A stretch of 64,000 bases of DNA, from NCBI GenBank assembly GCA_964016885.1, contig OZ024742.1:76880001-76944000 (forward strand), read 5' to 3'. Position numbers and translations under genes: made by a program. Positions 12,440 through 25,309 of this stretch are shown here, in pieces (the first letter of the stretch is position 1; every line of letters starts with the position of its first letter). The stretch is from Eledone cirrhosa (taxonomy: Eukaryota). Under the pieces are notes generated by a model that saw only the letters and a list, made by a program, of their open reading frames with translations, had not been told where the DNA came from and did no database searches.

Positions 12440-13947
12440 GTGTACAGGCAAAATGTATATAATAAGAACAACGATGAAGTTTACATCTGTTTCTGTCTTT
12501 ATAGTATATCGATCCGACTCAAGTATCGATTGACTCTCCAGACAGGAGATTCAACGAACACGGAGTAAGTGAAACGGTGTTTCCATGTGTCAAGGTCACT
12601 CTGACAGTTTAGGGTAAGCAGCCGCTTACTTATAAAATCAACCTCCGCTCTTCTTAAGTCGACCATATCTCTTAGCTCCGAAAGTATCTTTGTGTGTTAT
12701 GACTCATCAAATAATTTTTTTTCTTTTAAATTACTGAGCCCCGAAGGGTTGCTTTCGTCGAAAAAGTAACAGTATTCAGTCATGAAGTTAGTGCTTTGTT
12801 ATACCGACCGTTAACTGATTAGCCAAGCAAGGAATTGGATTAGCATAGTCTGAAGAAGGGTTACTAAAAGCAAAAGCGCTCACTATCAAGTGAACAATAC
12901 TAACTCAGCAACAAGATTAGTAGAGTATAGTCACGTAAACATTCGCGGTAACTATTCTAACAATAACATTAACACTAATTCCTCTTTAAAATGTTTTGTT
13001 TAGTTTATTGTATTTTACTATAGCCTATGTTGTTCCACTTACCTTCTATAGCTTACTCTTCTTAAATTGCCCTGGACCGCCCGCACTACGGAAAAACTAC
13101 ACAATTCACTTCACATACAAATATGTTGCTTGAGATAAACCAACACATTATATATTGATGTGTTTTAGTGTATAGATGGCTATATATATTTTCGTTTTTT
13201 TTTATGCACATAATTTTACATATATATTCAGTTAATTATATATATATAGACGAGTGTTCACTCTTTTATATGTGTATTTACTTATATGTACTTCAATCAA
13301 TACTTATTTTTTTAATAATTTTACAATTTATCGCAAATAAGCTACAAAACAGAGAGGATTCACAATTTAAACTGCTACCACATCTGTTGGTCAACACTAG
13401 CAGAGAGGCTGACATTTTAGGCTGATAGATTGCACTATCAGACTAAAATGTCTTTAGTCAGAAAATATCGCGAAAACTCCTATTTCTAATTATATATATA
13501 TACACACACAGAGGGTGTCTCCCCAAAATGTCTACACATATTTATTAAAATGCTGTTGAAGTGTGTACGCGATGTTATGGTACAGCCTGTATATGCGTAT
13601 ATATAAATATATATATAGTAATAATAATAAATTTGAAGACTAAAATTCAAAGAGGGCTCGATAAGGATAAATATATATCAAATATATAAGAACAGTAGAG
13701 CAAATATTTATTAAAATAACAGATTAAAGTTTAAGCAAAGAATCGCTGCTTTAATCTGTTATTTTAATAAATATATATATATATATTAGAATTGTAGCTC
13801 TGAAATAGCAATATATATATGGATGTAAATATAATGTATTTTGCAATACACTTTATGCTTAATTAAAAGCATTTTGAAGACCGTAAGCTATTGTTTTAAA
13901 GTAGTGACAAATTCACTCACTTCGATCTCAGCAAACAGGAGGAGATA

Positions 13948-13991
13948 AGCCGACATGACATGTTTCGCTTTTGTTGAAGCTTATCAAGGCC
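13948..13991 (-). ncRNA. Type I hammerhead ribozyme, U3-A8 core variant
   Basis: Minus strand: ggcc-TTGATAA-GCTT-caacaa-AAGC-GAAA-CAT-gtc-ATG-TC-ggct. Confidence 0.75.
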
Positions 13992-14265
13992 AACTACCCC
14001 GCCCGTCTGCTGAGATCAATGATGTTATATTCTTATAGAAATCTACTAAATAATCAGGAGCTGATTATGCAGAGCGGTTGTTGGTCAGGCAGAAATTAAA
14101 ATACATTATATTTACATCCATATATATATTGCTATTTCAGAGCTACAATTCTAATTTTTAATTTCTGCCTGACCAACAACCGCTCTGCATAATCAGCTCC
14201 TGATTATTTACTAGATTTCTATAAGAATATAACATCATTGATCTCAGCAGACGGGCGGGGTAGTT

Positions 14266-14309
14266 GGCCTTGATAAGCTTCAACAAAAGCGAAACATGTC
14301 ATGTCGGCT
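14266..14309 (+). ncRNA. Type I hammerhead ribozyme, U3-A8 core variant
   Basis: ggcc-TTGATAA-GCTT-caacaa-AAGC-GAAA-CAT-gtc-ATG-TC-ggct. All three stems can form; predicted cleavage after GUC. Confidence 0.75.
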
Positions 14310-14454
14310 TATCTCCTCCTGTCTGCTGAGATCGAAGTGAGTGAATTTGTCACTACTTTAAAACAATAGCTTACGGTCTTCAAAATGCTTTTAATTAAGC
14401 ATAAATTGTATTGCAAAATACATTATATTTACATCCATATATATATATATATAT

Positions 14455-17400
14455 CGAGATCGCTTAATCTCCTTCCATCCTAACTAATGCCAAAACGAGG
14501 GTACTCATTGTCTTCTTCATGATGAAATCGATGACAATTAGGAAAAAGAAAGGCGAAAGGATGCAGCCTTGTTGAACACCCGTCAAGATGTCAAATATTT
14601 CCTTGTTTCCGTCCTTTGTCCTAACGCAGCACCTGGAATGTCGGTACAGCGACCTGAAGATGTTAATATATTTCTCTGAGACACCGTAGAGTCTTACAAT
14701 CTTCCACAATGACTCCAGATGAACACTGTCGAAAGCTTTCCTGAAGTCAATGTAGTTAACAACAAGGGACTTGTGGAAATCCCGAAATTGTTCAATGATA
14801 TTTCGCAGAGTGAAGATCTGCTCTGAACAAGACCTTCCACTGCGGAAGCCAGCCTTTTCGTCTCGAAGATGACGATCTACTTCTGCTCTCAGCCGGTTCA
14901 GGATGAGTGTGCAGAATAGCTTCCCTGGCACTGATAGCAATGTGATCCCTCTCCAGTTGTTGCAGTCGCTGACACAGCTCTTCTTCGGTAGTGGTACAAT
15001 CATTCCATTTTCCCAGTCTTCCGGCACCTCCTCTTCTTGCCAAATCACATTGCATAAATGGGTGAGCTGCTCCTCTATTACAACCTTGTCGTGCTTCAGA
15101 AGCTCTGCAGGAATCTCATCCAGCCCTGCCGCTTTGTTATTCTTTTGGCAGCGGATGGTCTTGGCCACCTCAGCTCTTGTGATGTCGTCTAGTCGTACAT
15201 CCAGCCGGTAGCTCGCTCGCTTCCTCCCAATCAAGCTCGAAGACTGTGTTGGGGGATGGCTGATTGAGGACCTCACGAAAGTGTTCGTTCCACCTCTGGG
15301 CCTGCTCTTCACTGGCTGCACGCATCCGACCATCTTTGCTCTTGATTGGCAAACTGCTTCCACTTCGTCCTCCAGTTAGCTCTCTGACGATCCGGTACAG
15401 CGTCTTGGAATCATTTCGATCTGCTGCCACCTGTGCTTCTGCAGCCCGATCTTCTAACCACTGGCGCTTGTCTTTTCGACAGCTCTTCTTTACTTCCTTG
15501 TCAAGACGTCTGTACTCTTTGTCCACTTCCTTCCATTGCTGTCGAGTTTTGGTTTGATCTCTTTTGTTCTTAACATCCTTCCTCTCGTCAATGAGATTAC
15601 ATGAATTACTGCTGATCCACTGTTCCCGATTGGTCCCCCTACTTCCACCAATAACCAAATCAGCACTCGCCCTGACCGTCTGAGCAAACATCTGCCACTG
15701 GTCGTCATGGTTCTGTGCGTGCTGTAGTTCTTGGAACTTATTCCTGATCTCCAGGTAGAATCCCTTGAGGTGCCTTGGTCTTGCAGGCTTGCGATAGCAT
15801 ATGGCCTCATGATCTTATTTGCTTTGTTCTTCTTCAACCTCATGCGGATTTTTCCAACTACAAGATGATGGTCAGATCCGACGTCTGCCCCTCGGTAGGT
15901 GTGAACATCGAAGAGAGAGGAACGCCACCTTGTGCCAATGCAGATATAATCAATCTCATTCCTGGTGTTGCCATCAGGGGAAGTCCATGTCAACTTGTGA
16001 ATCCACCTATGGGTGAACAATGTATTCCCGATGGAGTGGTTGCTGATACTGCTCAGGGACAGCAACCGTTCCCCGTTGTTATTGGTGGAATCAGCTGAAC
16101 CGTGGTGGCCAATGGCTGAATGCATTTCTCTCCTGTCTCCATCTAGCTTGGCATTGAAATCTCCAATCACCAGCCTAATGTCTGACCTGGGTGTTTATTC
16201 TAGGACATCCTGTAGTTGGATAAATAAGGTATCTTTATCTTCATCTGAGACAGTTTAAGTCGGGGTGTAGACTTGCACTACGGTCACCTTGGCTAACCTT
16301 GTGCTCAATCTGGCAGTAATAATTCGTTCACTCACTGGTCTCCATCCCACAAGAGCCAGTGATACATCTCCGGTGAGGATAATACCAACTCCGTGGACAT
16401 GGTGGTCATCATCACCGGAGTAGAGAATAATCATGTCTCCAATGTCGAGTACTACCCTTCCTGTCCACCTCGTCTCCCTGATTCCCATGATGTCAAGGCG
16501 ATATTCTCTCATCTCCTTCAGCACCTGCTCCATCCGCCCGTCCCTAAAGAGGGTGCGTACATTCCAGGTGCCTACTCTTGTGTTTGATTTTGGCGTTGAA
16601 GATAGGACTTATTCGCGGTCGGGCCTCCTTTCTGATTTGACCCGGCCCCATCATAGGTGCATCCAGGGATGACGTGTCTTCTCTTTTCCGTCGCTCGGTA
16701 TCAAAATGTTTTTTTCTCGTCGTTTTTGTAGCAGTGAAAAGTCTTTACGGGGATAGGGCATCTAACCCCACGCCCCAACCCTCCTCATTTCTCAACAGGG
16801 CATGGGACCGGCTAAGGCGGACTTTGCCGATGACATCGCAGTGATAGGCCATTCCCGAGAAGACCTGCATAGAGATGACAAACGTTCTAAATTACAATGC
16901 AGAGAAAGTTGGTCTGCACATCAGTTGTGAAAAAACCAAGACCATGTCGACAGGTCACCCTCCAAATCCTCCCATCATGGTTGGTCAGCATAACATTGAA
17001 TGTGTAAACAACTTCCAATATATTGGCAGCAACATCTCTGACGATGGGGATGCTGAGGTGGATGTGCGCACATGGCTGGGAAAATCAGCGGCGGTCTTCC
17101 ACCAACTCCGTCCGGTATGGTCAAGGTGTTCCATCGGCAACGTCGTCAAATTCCGTCTTTACATGTCCATTGTAGTACCAACAGTGATAAATGCCTGTGA
17201 GACATGGAAGAGTACGGAAAGTGTATGTAACAAGCTTGATGTATTCCACCGTCTTTGCATTCGGACCATATTGAAAATTTCATGGAGAGACCAAGTTAGC
17301 AACGAGGAAGTGGTTTGGAGGTTAGGATTGGAGAGGTTAAGGGACATTGTCCGGAAAAGGAGACGGCGGTTCGCGGACAACTCCTTCGTTTGCCGGCAGA

Positions 17401-17618
17401 TGGATCTGCTCATATTGCCATGGATTGGGTACCAGAAGGTGGCAGGAGAGAACGAGGAAGACCACGAAAAACATGGCGGAGCACATTCAGGGAGGAGCTG
17501 CGGGTGATGGGAATTACCTGGAGAGGTGCTAGAATGACCGCCAGTGACAGGATCAAGTGGAGGAAGCTCGTTGCCCAATGTTCCACAAGGGACTGGAGGA
17601 ACTAAGACTAAGTCTAAG
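14455..17618. mobile_element. Full-length RTE LINE with inverted 5' portion (5' UTR, APE endonuclease and RT N-half on minus 14455-16819; RT C-half and tail on plus 16820-17618)
   Basis: Minus: MGIRETRW, IGDFNAK, NEIDYI, GSDHHLV, NWRGITLLS, IDFRKAFDSV, GVQQGCILSP. Plus: DFADDIA, FQYIGS, ACETW, GRRERGRPRKTW, and a short CTAAG-type repeat tail. (TA)n on both sides. Confidence 0.9.
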
Positions 17619-17634
17619 ATATATATATATATAT

Positions 17635-20289
17635 AAAATTATCAATCTGACTAGTGCGAAACCAACAGCCAACCTTATCAACTTACTCTCCAAAGGTCTT
17701 AAATTCACGCCGACCCTACTACGTCCTAACTACTATGAAATGAAGAAAGACATCACAGACTTCTGTAGAAAGTTACGACTCAGTGAAGAACTATTCCACC
17801 AGTACAATGAGGATGAATCATTAGCCAGAAATAGAAGCAATTACACCCCATCAAAAGGTAGTAATAAAATCCTGGACGAATTCTGTGAACACATCACAAA
17901 CTTCCCTTACCAACACTTGCATAGACAAAAACACAAGCCAAACCTCAACAAGAAAGAATGGGAAGAATTAAATAGATTAAAAACCGACAGAACCATTACA
18001 ATTAAAGAGGCTGATAAAGGGGATGCAGTAATCATAATGGAGACAGAATTCTATATCAACTTAGCGCTCTCCACTTTGGAAAACAAAACATACTACGAAA
18101 AGGCTGAACACTACAATCAACAGAAAATTATGAGAAACCTAAAAACTCTGATCAACCAATACAAAGAAGGACTCACTAACAAGGAATTCAGCTTCATCAC
18201 AGACTTCACAAGTAAATCCAGCCTTTTCTACGGTATCCCTAAAGTACATAAAAGCGAATTAATAAGTAAGGCATGCAAGAAAGCCACAGACATAGTCATC
18301 AATGTCCCTCACCCAATGATCTCAAATTAAGACCTATAATAGCAGGCCTCGCTTACGAAACCCATCGCCTTAGCAACTTCATTGATACCCTGCTTAAGCC
18401 TTTTCTCAAACACATCAAAAGCTATATAAGGGATGACCTAGATACTCAATCACCTCCCTAATATGCCCCTTACTAAACAAACCCTACTATTGACGTTCGA
18501 TGTAGTCAACCTATACTCCAACATCCCCCACAACCTAGGGATAGAAGCTATCCAATTCTGGCTGGATAATTACCACAATAAACTCCCACAACGCATCAAA
18601 AAAGAATTCGTGATAGAAGGACTCAAATTTATCTTGGAGAACAATTACTTCGTTTTCAATAACAAACCCTACAGGCAGAAATCTGGGACCGCTATGGGAA
18701 CGAAAAGAGCCCCCACTTATGCCAAGCTAGTCATGGGATACCTGGAAATCACCCTCTACACTAAAGTACTAAACAAATTTGGAAACACTCTCCACTTACA
18801 CATAGAAAGGAACTGGAAGCGATATCTAGATGACAGCTTCATCCTTCGGCACGAAAACATCGAGAAGCTTAAAGAATTTCACACCCTTATAAATGGGCTC
18901 AACACGAATATTAACTTCACGATGAAATACAGCCATCAACAACTCCCCTCCTCGACATCCTCATTAAGATTCATAACAAAAAAAAATAGAAACAGACATA
19001 TACTACAAGCCCACAGACTCCAAGCAATATATTCCTTTCAACTCTTGCCACCCTAGACACGTTAAAATTAATATTCCCTACAACTTAGCAAAGAGAATCT
19101 GTACTATAGTCTCCAATAAAAACACCTGTTACTTACGGCTACAAGAACTAAAGGACACACTCATAGGCAGGGACTACCCTGCATCACTAATTGACAATGG
19201 AATCCAACATGCCCTAAAACTCAGTACCCAGGACCTTAGACACCCTAAAGTAAATCAACCAAAACTAAAAGCTATTCCATACATCTCCACACACAACCCC
19301 CTCAGCAATGAGGCCTTTGACACCATCCTCCAGAACATCCCTTTGTTAAAAAAGGACCATAGAATGAACCAAATCCTACGAACATACGATCATAAAGAGC
19401 AAAAGACAATCTAAGTCAATGAAAAACATCCTAACACATGCCAAAGTACGGCCAACCACAACAACGAAACCCACAGTAGAAAAATGCGATAGACCCAACT
19501 GTGGCATATGCATCAACCTAATAGAGGGTTCGGAATTCTATTATAAAGAAGGACAACGTTATATAGTAAAACACAATTTAACATTCGCATCAGAAAATCT
19601 AATATATGTATTAACTTGCTCAGGTTGTCGAGGACAATACATAGTCCAGATCAAAAACAGCCTCCGCCAACGCATGACTGTCCATAGATCCCAAATTAAA
19701 ATACGGGAATACAGGAAAATACTAGTGAGTGAACACATTGATACCTGTGCCGCCCAACTTCAGAATCTTTCCTCTCTACAAATTTAAAGATAATGCCACC
19801 CACACCCTGCGCATCAGCAAGGAATCTCACTTTATTAACAAATACGGACCCCGTCTAAACACTTCTCCCTAAGACGAACCCACAACATACACACGTCAAC
19901 ATAGATACCTACATTAGCATACATCCTACATACATATCTATCCACATATAAACACAATGACATACGTAAACACACATGTTCTATGGTGCAACACAAATAT
20001 ACACAAATATGTCTATAGATATAAACGTGCCGACACACACACATACATATACGCACACATGCATTGCACACTGATGGGCACATACATATTTGTACACAAA
20101 TATTCCAATACGGCAAGGCCTAATGGATTCCCATTGCAGTACGTACAATCTGGACACTCTTATGCCAATACTATATATCATTTCACACCTTTTATTATTA
20201 AGGTTTTTGATGTTCTATTGAGAGAATCGTTTTTACTGAAAATATCGAATAATGTACACTATTTTTACCAGTATCACAAAAATACTGGT

Positions 20290-20345
<56 letters not shown>

Positions 20346-20351
20346 CCACAT

Positions 20352-20390
<39 letters not shown>

Positions 20391-20566
20391 CACACACACA
20401 TACACACGCGTACATTAACATACAAAGAGACATACACACACACACAAACACACACACTTCTCCGTATAAGACAAGGGCTGAAAAATATCTTTTAACATGT
20501 TAAAATATCCCCCACACACGTACAGACAATTCCTACTGACCGATCCCTCTACCACGAATTACTCTG

Positions 20567-20621
<55 letters not shown>

Positions 20622-20711
20622 TCTTAATAGGCATCTGAACTTTTGACCTGTCAGCAAGCTACGGGTCGCACACACATCCCTGCTGACCATTATCACAACA
20701 ACGAACCTCTT

Positions 20712-20753
<42 letters not shown>

Positions 20754-21160
20754 ACACACACACACACACACATATTTGTATTGAAAGACTTATTTTTCAG
20801 TGACTTCTCAATCAGCCGAGACAAACCTACATTTGGCGCAATATCAATTTTTAACATTCACATGACCTCTACCGACCAATCAAAATTGTTTTGACCACAA
20901 GAATTTTTTCGTACATCTGGAGCCACTTTTTTTACATAAAACAGGTAGAATTCCAAAAACTAATCAGATTAGAGCAAACATCACGGGCACGCTATCTCAA
21001 AATTATTTTTGAAAAGCATTAGAAATGCGCAACCGGTAAAAATTTAAAATCAAAACTGAATACTAACCAATACTATTACTAATTTGTACTTATTCCTAAT
21101 TAAACTATTTTTCACTGGGAACAATTTGTCAGCATCTTCTTTTACTTTTACCAATATATC
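17635..21160 (+). mobile_element. Penelope-like element (Neptune-like): RT, C-terminal GIY-YIG and long 3' UTR/pLTR; frameshifted
   Basis: LLSKGLKFTP, IKEADKGDAV, FYGIPKVHK, LRPII, TFDVVNLYSNIP, GTAMGT, WKRYLDD, CDRPNCGIC, SENLIYVLTCSGC..YI, LRQRMTVH. Bounded by (TA)n. Confidence 0.92.
21006..21041 (+). ncRNA. Putative variant hammerhead ribozyme (TTGAAAA...GCAA core) in a PLE terminus
   Basis: ttt-TTGAAAA-GCATT-aga-AATGC-GCAA-CCGG-TA-aaa. The same core occurs at 23106-23143(-), 24783-24819(+) and 33742-33778(+). Confidence 0.5.
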
Positions 21161-21236
<76 letters not shown>

Positions 21237-21876
21237 TAACAGATTAAAGTTTAAGCAAAGAATCGCTGCTTTGACCCTTAACGGGATCTTCTGAAACTAA
21301 AAGAATGCATCTGTGAACGCAGAAGTAAATATTTCGAAAAACATTGCAACCGATTTTTGTCATCAATTTTATTAGGGTGTGATATATTTATGTTGGTGAT
21401 GATATGTCTCAGGATATGTTCACAAATACATATATATATATATATACCGGCTGTACAAGCCAAATTGTTCAAATTTTATATTCTATTTCGAATCTCTGTA
21501 TCTCAGGAATGCTTAAAGATAACTTAATTGAATTGTCAGTGTTTTTTTTAACACTAGTTATGAGCAACAAAAATGTTAATTCCTCTCCAAGCTCACCAGA
21601 AGTACTCGTGAGGAAGTTCATCATGTACAAAAATGATATTTCCAATAGTCTGCCTTCCCAGTATTTAAATAAAAACATATTAATATGTAAATTGATAATT
21701 TACTCTCGTACACACACACACGCACACATATATGAATCTAATATAGCTAAATAACTAATTTCGCTTGTGATTTGTTTTATTTACTAACTGTACATATATA
21801 TATAATTGCAGAAGATCCCGGAAAGAGGTGAAAGCCGTCATCATTTGCTTAAACTTTAATCTGTACTAATATATAT

Positions 21877-21939
<63 letters not shown>

Positions 21940-21943
<4 letters not shown>

Positions 21944-22093
21944 TGTAATAAACAACATAAGACAATTATTTCATTTACCAGTGGTTTCTTGTAGACATAT
22001 ATTTATATTTGTCTTCTGAAGACAGGTATAAATATCTGTCTTAAAAAACCACTAGTAAAGGAAATAATTATCTACTGTTGTTTATCACATAAC
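21940..22093. repeat. Imperfect palindromic element adjoining (TA)n
   Basis: gttatgtaataaacaaca..tttaccagtggttt..agaca / tgtct..aaaccactagtaaa..tgttgtttatcacataac, with CTGAAGA at the centre. Confidence 0.75.
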
Positions 22094-22157
22094 TTAAAAG
22101 CTCTGTAGCCTACATAGAGCACTCTCTTTTCCTTTACCTTTCCTACGGAAATACTTC

Positions 22158-22218
<61 letters not shown>

Positions 22219-22552
22219 CTGATGTTGATTTGGTTATCAATATTAGTATTATTGGGCACCCACTGAAGAATTATAAGAGCCCACTTGAATAAGTATCTGT
22301 TGATCTTATACAAGCTTCTACATAAATTGGTATAATTTCACCCAAATAGTAGGAATCTTATAATGAAACGAGACGTCCGTCTGGGAAGGGATATATTCGA
22401 TATATCTCATATGAAATAATACAGCCAATTTTCCACAAAATACAATGAGTTAGCACCCCGAACGTTTAATTAGGAATATACTAACTTATTTCCTAATGTT
22501 TGTTGAGTGAGTTGGGATTTGGCCGGAGTATCGCTAACAGCTTTCTCCGATA

Positions 22553-22590
<38 letters not shown>

Positions 22591-22898
22591 ATGGTAAGAT
22601 CGGGGCTGTGTGTTTACAATAAATTATTCAGAAAACTTGAGAGAAAACACAAACAGAAGGAAAATTCCCACTGATATATATATATGGAGAGAAAGATAGA
22701 AATATCGACAGGTGAGAATCGTAATTATGACTTTGGCTATGAAGTCTTTCTGTGTCAAATACATTTTCATTGTATACTTTTTACAATTAAATTCACAATC
22801 CGAATCTTTCGATTAATGCGGTGATGTTATCAGGTATCTACTTTGCTTAATTCCTTATATATACTGAATATATATATTCAGAAATGTGTGTGTATGTA

Positions 22899-22983
<85 letters not shown>

Positions 22984-22988
<5 letters not shown>

Positions 22989-23545
22989 TAAACGGAATAG
23001 AAAATGCTGACAAATTGTTCACAGTTGAAAAATGGTTTAATTAGGAATAAAAGAGTATTAGTGATTGTATGGGTTAGTATTCAGTTGTGGTTTTAAGTTT
23101 TTAAGTTTTTACCGGTTGCGCATTTCTAAATGCTTTTCAAAAATAATTTTGAGATAGAGTGTCCGTGTTGTTTGCTCTGATCCGATTAGTTTTGGGAATT
23201 CTACCTGTTTTTATGTTAAAAAGTGGCTCCAGCGTTAATTTGGTGTTGCAAAAATTCTTGTGGTCAAAACAATTTTGATTGGTCGGTAGAGGTCATGTGA
23301 ATGTAAAAAATTGATTTTGCGCCAATACTGTTTTTATGTTAAAAAAGTGGCTCCAGCTCTACTTGGTGTTTGCAAAAATTCTTGTGGTCAAAACAATTTT
23401 GATTGGTCGGTAGAGGTCATGTGAATAAAAAATTGGTTTTGCGCCAAGATTGAGAAATGACTCTTTCACAACAAATATGTGTGTGTGTGTGTGTGTGTGT
23501 ATAAGTCTCTTTGTATGTTAATGTACGCGTGTGTATGTGTGTGTT

Positions 23546-23586
<41 letters not shown>

Positions 23587-23759
23587 TTCTGTGTGTGTGT
23601 GGGTGGACCAGTATTATTTTCCCCCTGGTAAAATGGTGTGTATTATTCGATTTTTTCAGTAAAATCGGTTCTCTTAATAGAACATCAAAAATCTTAACAA
23701 TAAAAGGTGTGAAATGATATTCACTATACACACATACATATATTAAACAATATATATAT

Positions 23760-23808
<49 letters not shown>

Positions 23809-23813
23809 CATAC

Positions 23814-23874
<61 letters not shown>

Positions 23875-24385
23875 TCTTTTTGTGTTGCACCGTAGAGCAT
23901 GTGTGTTTACGTATGTCATTGTGTTTATATGTGGGTAGAGATGTGTGCTGATGTAGGTATGTATGTTGACGTGTGTATGTTGTGGGTTCGTCTTAGGGAG
24001 AAGTGTTTAGACGGGGTCCGTATTTGTTAATGAAGTAAGATTCCTCGCTGATGCGCTGGGTGTGGGTAGCATTATCTTTAAATTTGTAGAGGGGAAAGAT
24101 TCTGAAGTTGGGATGATTTTGGGCGGCACAGGTATCAATGTGCTCACTCAGTGGTATTTTCCTGTATTCCCGTATTTTAATTTGGGATCTATGGACAGTC
24201 ATGCGTTGGCGAAGGCTCATTTGGGTCTGGCCTATGTATTGTTCTCGACAACCTGAGCAAGTTAATACATATATTAGATTTTCCGATGCACACACACACA
24301 CACACACTTATCTTAATAGCCATTTGATACACATCCCTGCTAGCCATTATCACAACATCGAACACCTTCCTACTACTACTACACA

Positions 24386-24450
<65 letters not shown>

Positions 24451-24945
24451 TTGTTGTGAAAGAGTCATTTCTCAATCTTGGCGCAAAACCAATGTTTTAT
24501 TTACATGACCTCTACCGACCAATCAAAATTGTTTTGACCACAATAATTTTTGCAAACACCAAGTAGCGCTGGAGCCACTTTTTTTAACATAAAAACAGTC
24601 TTGGCGCAAAATCAATGTTTTACATTCACATGACCTCTACCGACCAATCAAAATTGTTTTGACCACAAGAATTTTTGCAACACCAAAGTAACGCTGGAGC
24701 CACTTTTTAACGTAAAAACAGGTAGAATTCCCAAAACTAATCAGATCAGAGCAAACAACACGGACACTCTATCTCAAAATTATTTTTGAAAAGCATTTAG
24801 AAATGCGCAACCGGTAAAAACTTAAAAACTTAAAACCACAACTGAATACTAACCCATACAATCACTAATACTCTTTTATTCCTAATTAAACCATTTTTCA
24901 ACTGTGAACAATTTGTCAGCATTTTCTATTCCGTTTACCAATATA
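22984..24945. mobile_element. PLE insertion of the 17635 family with two outward-facing 3' termini (minus 22984-24288 including the GIY-YIG end; plus 24288-24945)
   Basis: ORF 23993-24307 (SENLIYVLTCSGCREQYIGQT..YGPRLN). Both ends carry the same terminal sequence in inverted orientation, abutting TA runs. Confidence 0.9.
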
Positions 24946-24976
24946 TAATAACTTGTGTGTTACACCTCTATTCTTT

Positions 24977-25051
<75 letters not shown>

Positions 25052-25210
25052 TTATTATATTGAATCTAAACAGTGAAACTTGTTACTCTGGAGATTCCCC
25101 TGTTTATCAGAGGATCATTATCGGAAACCTTCTTTTCTGATGACCTTCTGAAGGACTGGCAATACCCTAGGGTAACAAGACGCACTCTATTTAGATGTAA
25201 TAAGTGACAA

Positions 25211-25309
<99 letters not shown>

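Larger units (their letters stand above)
13786..14440. mobile_element. Non-coding inverted-repeat element built from a ~310-bp PLE-terminus unit, one HHR per arm, set in (TA)n
   Basis: About 13812-14100 is the reverse complement of about 14157-14440, with ~3 mismatches seen by eye. Homologous to the PLE terminus at 39926-40300. Confidence 0.85.

Noticed and set aside
13508-13592. Possible Tc1/mariner-type MITE (CAGAGGGTGTC... / ...ACAGCCTGTA)
   Set aside because: The inverted repeats are too short and degenerate to support a call by eye.
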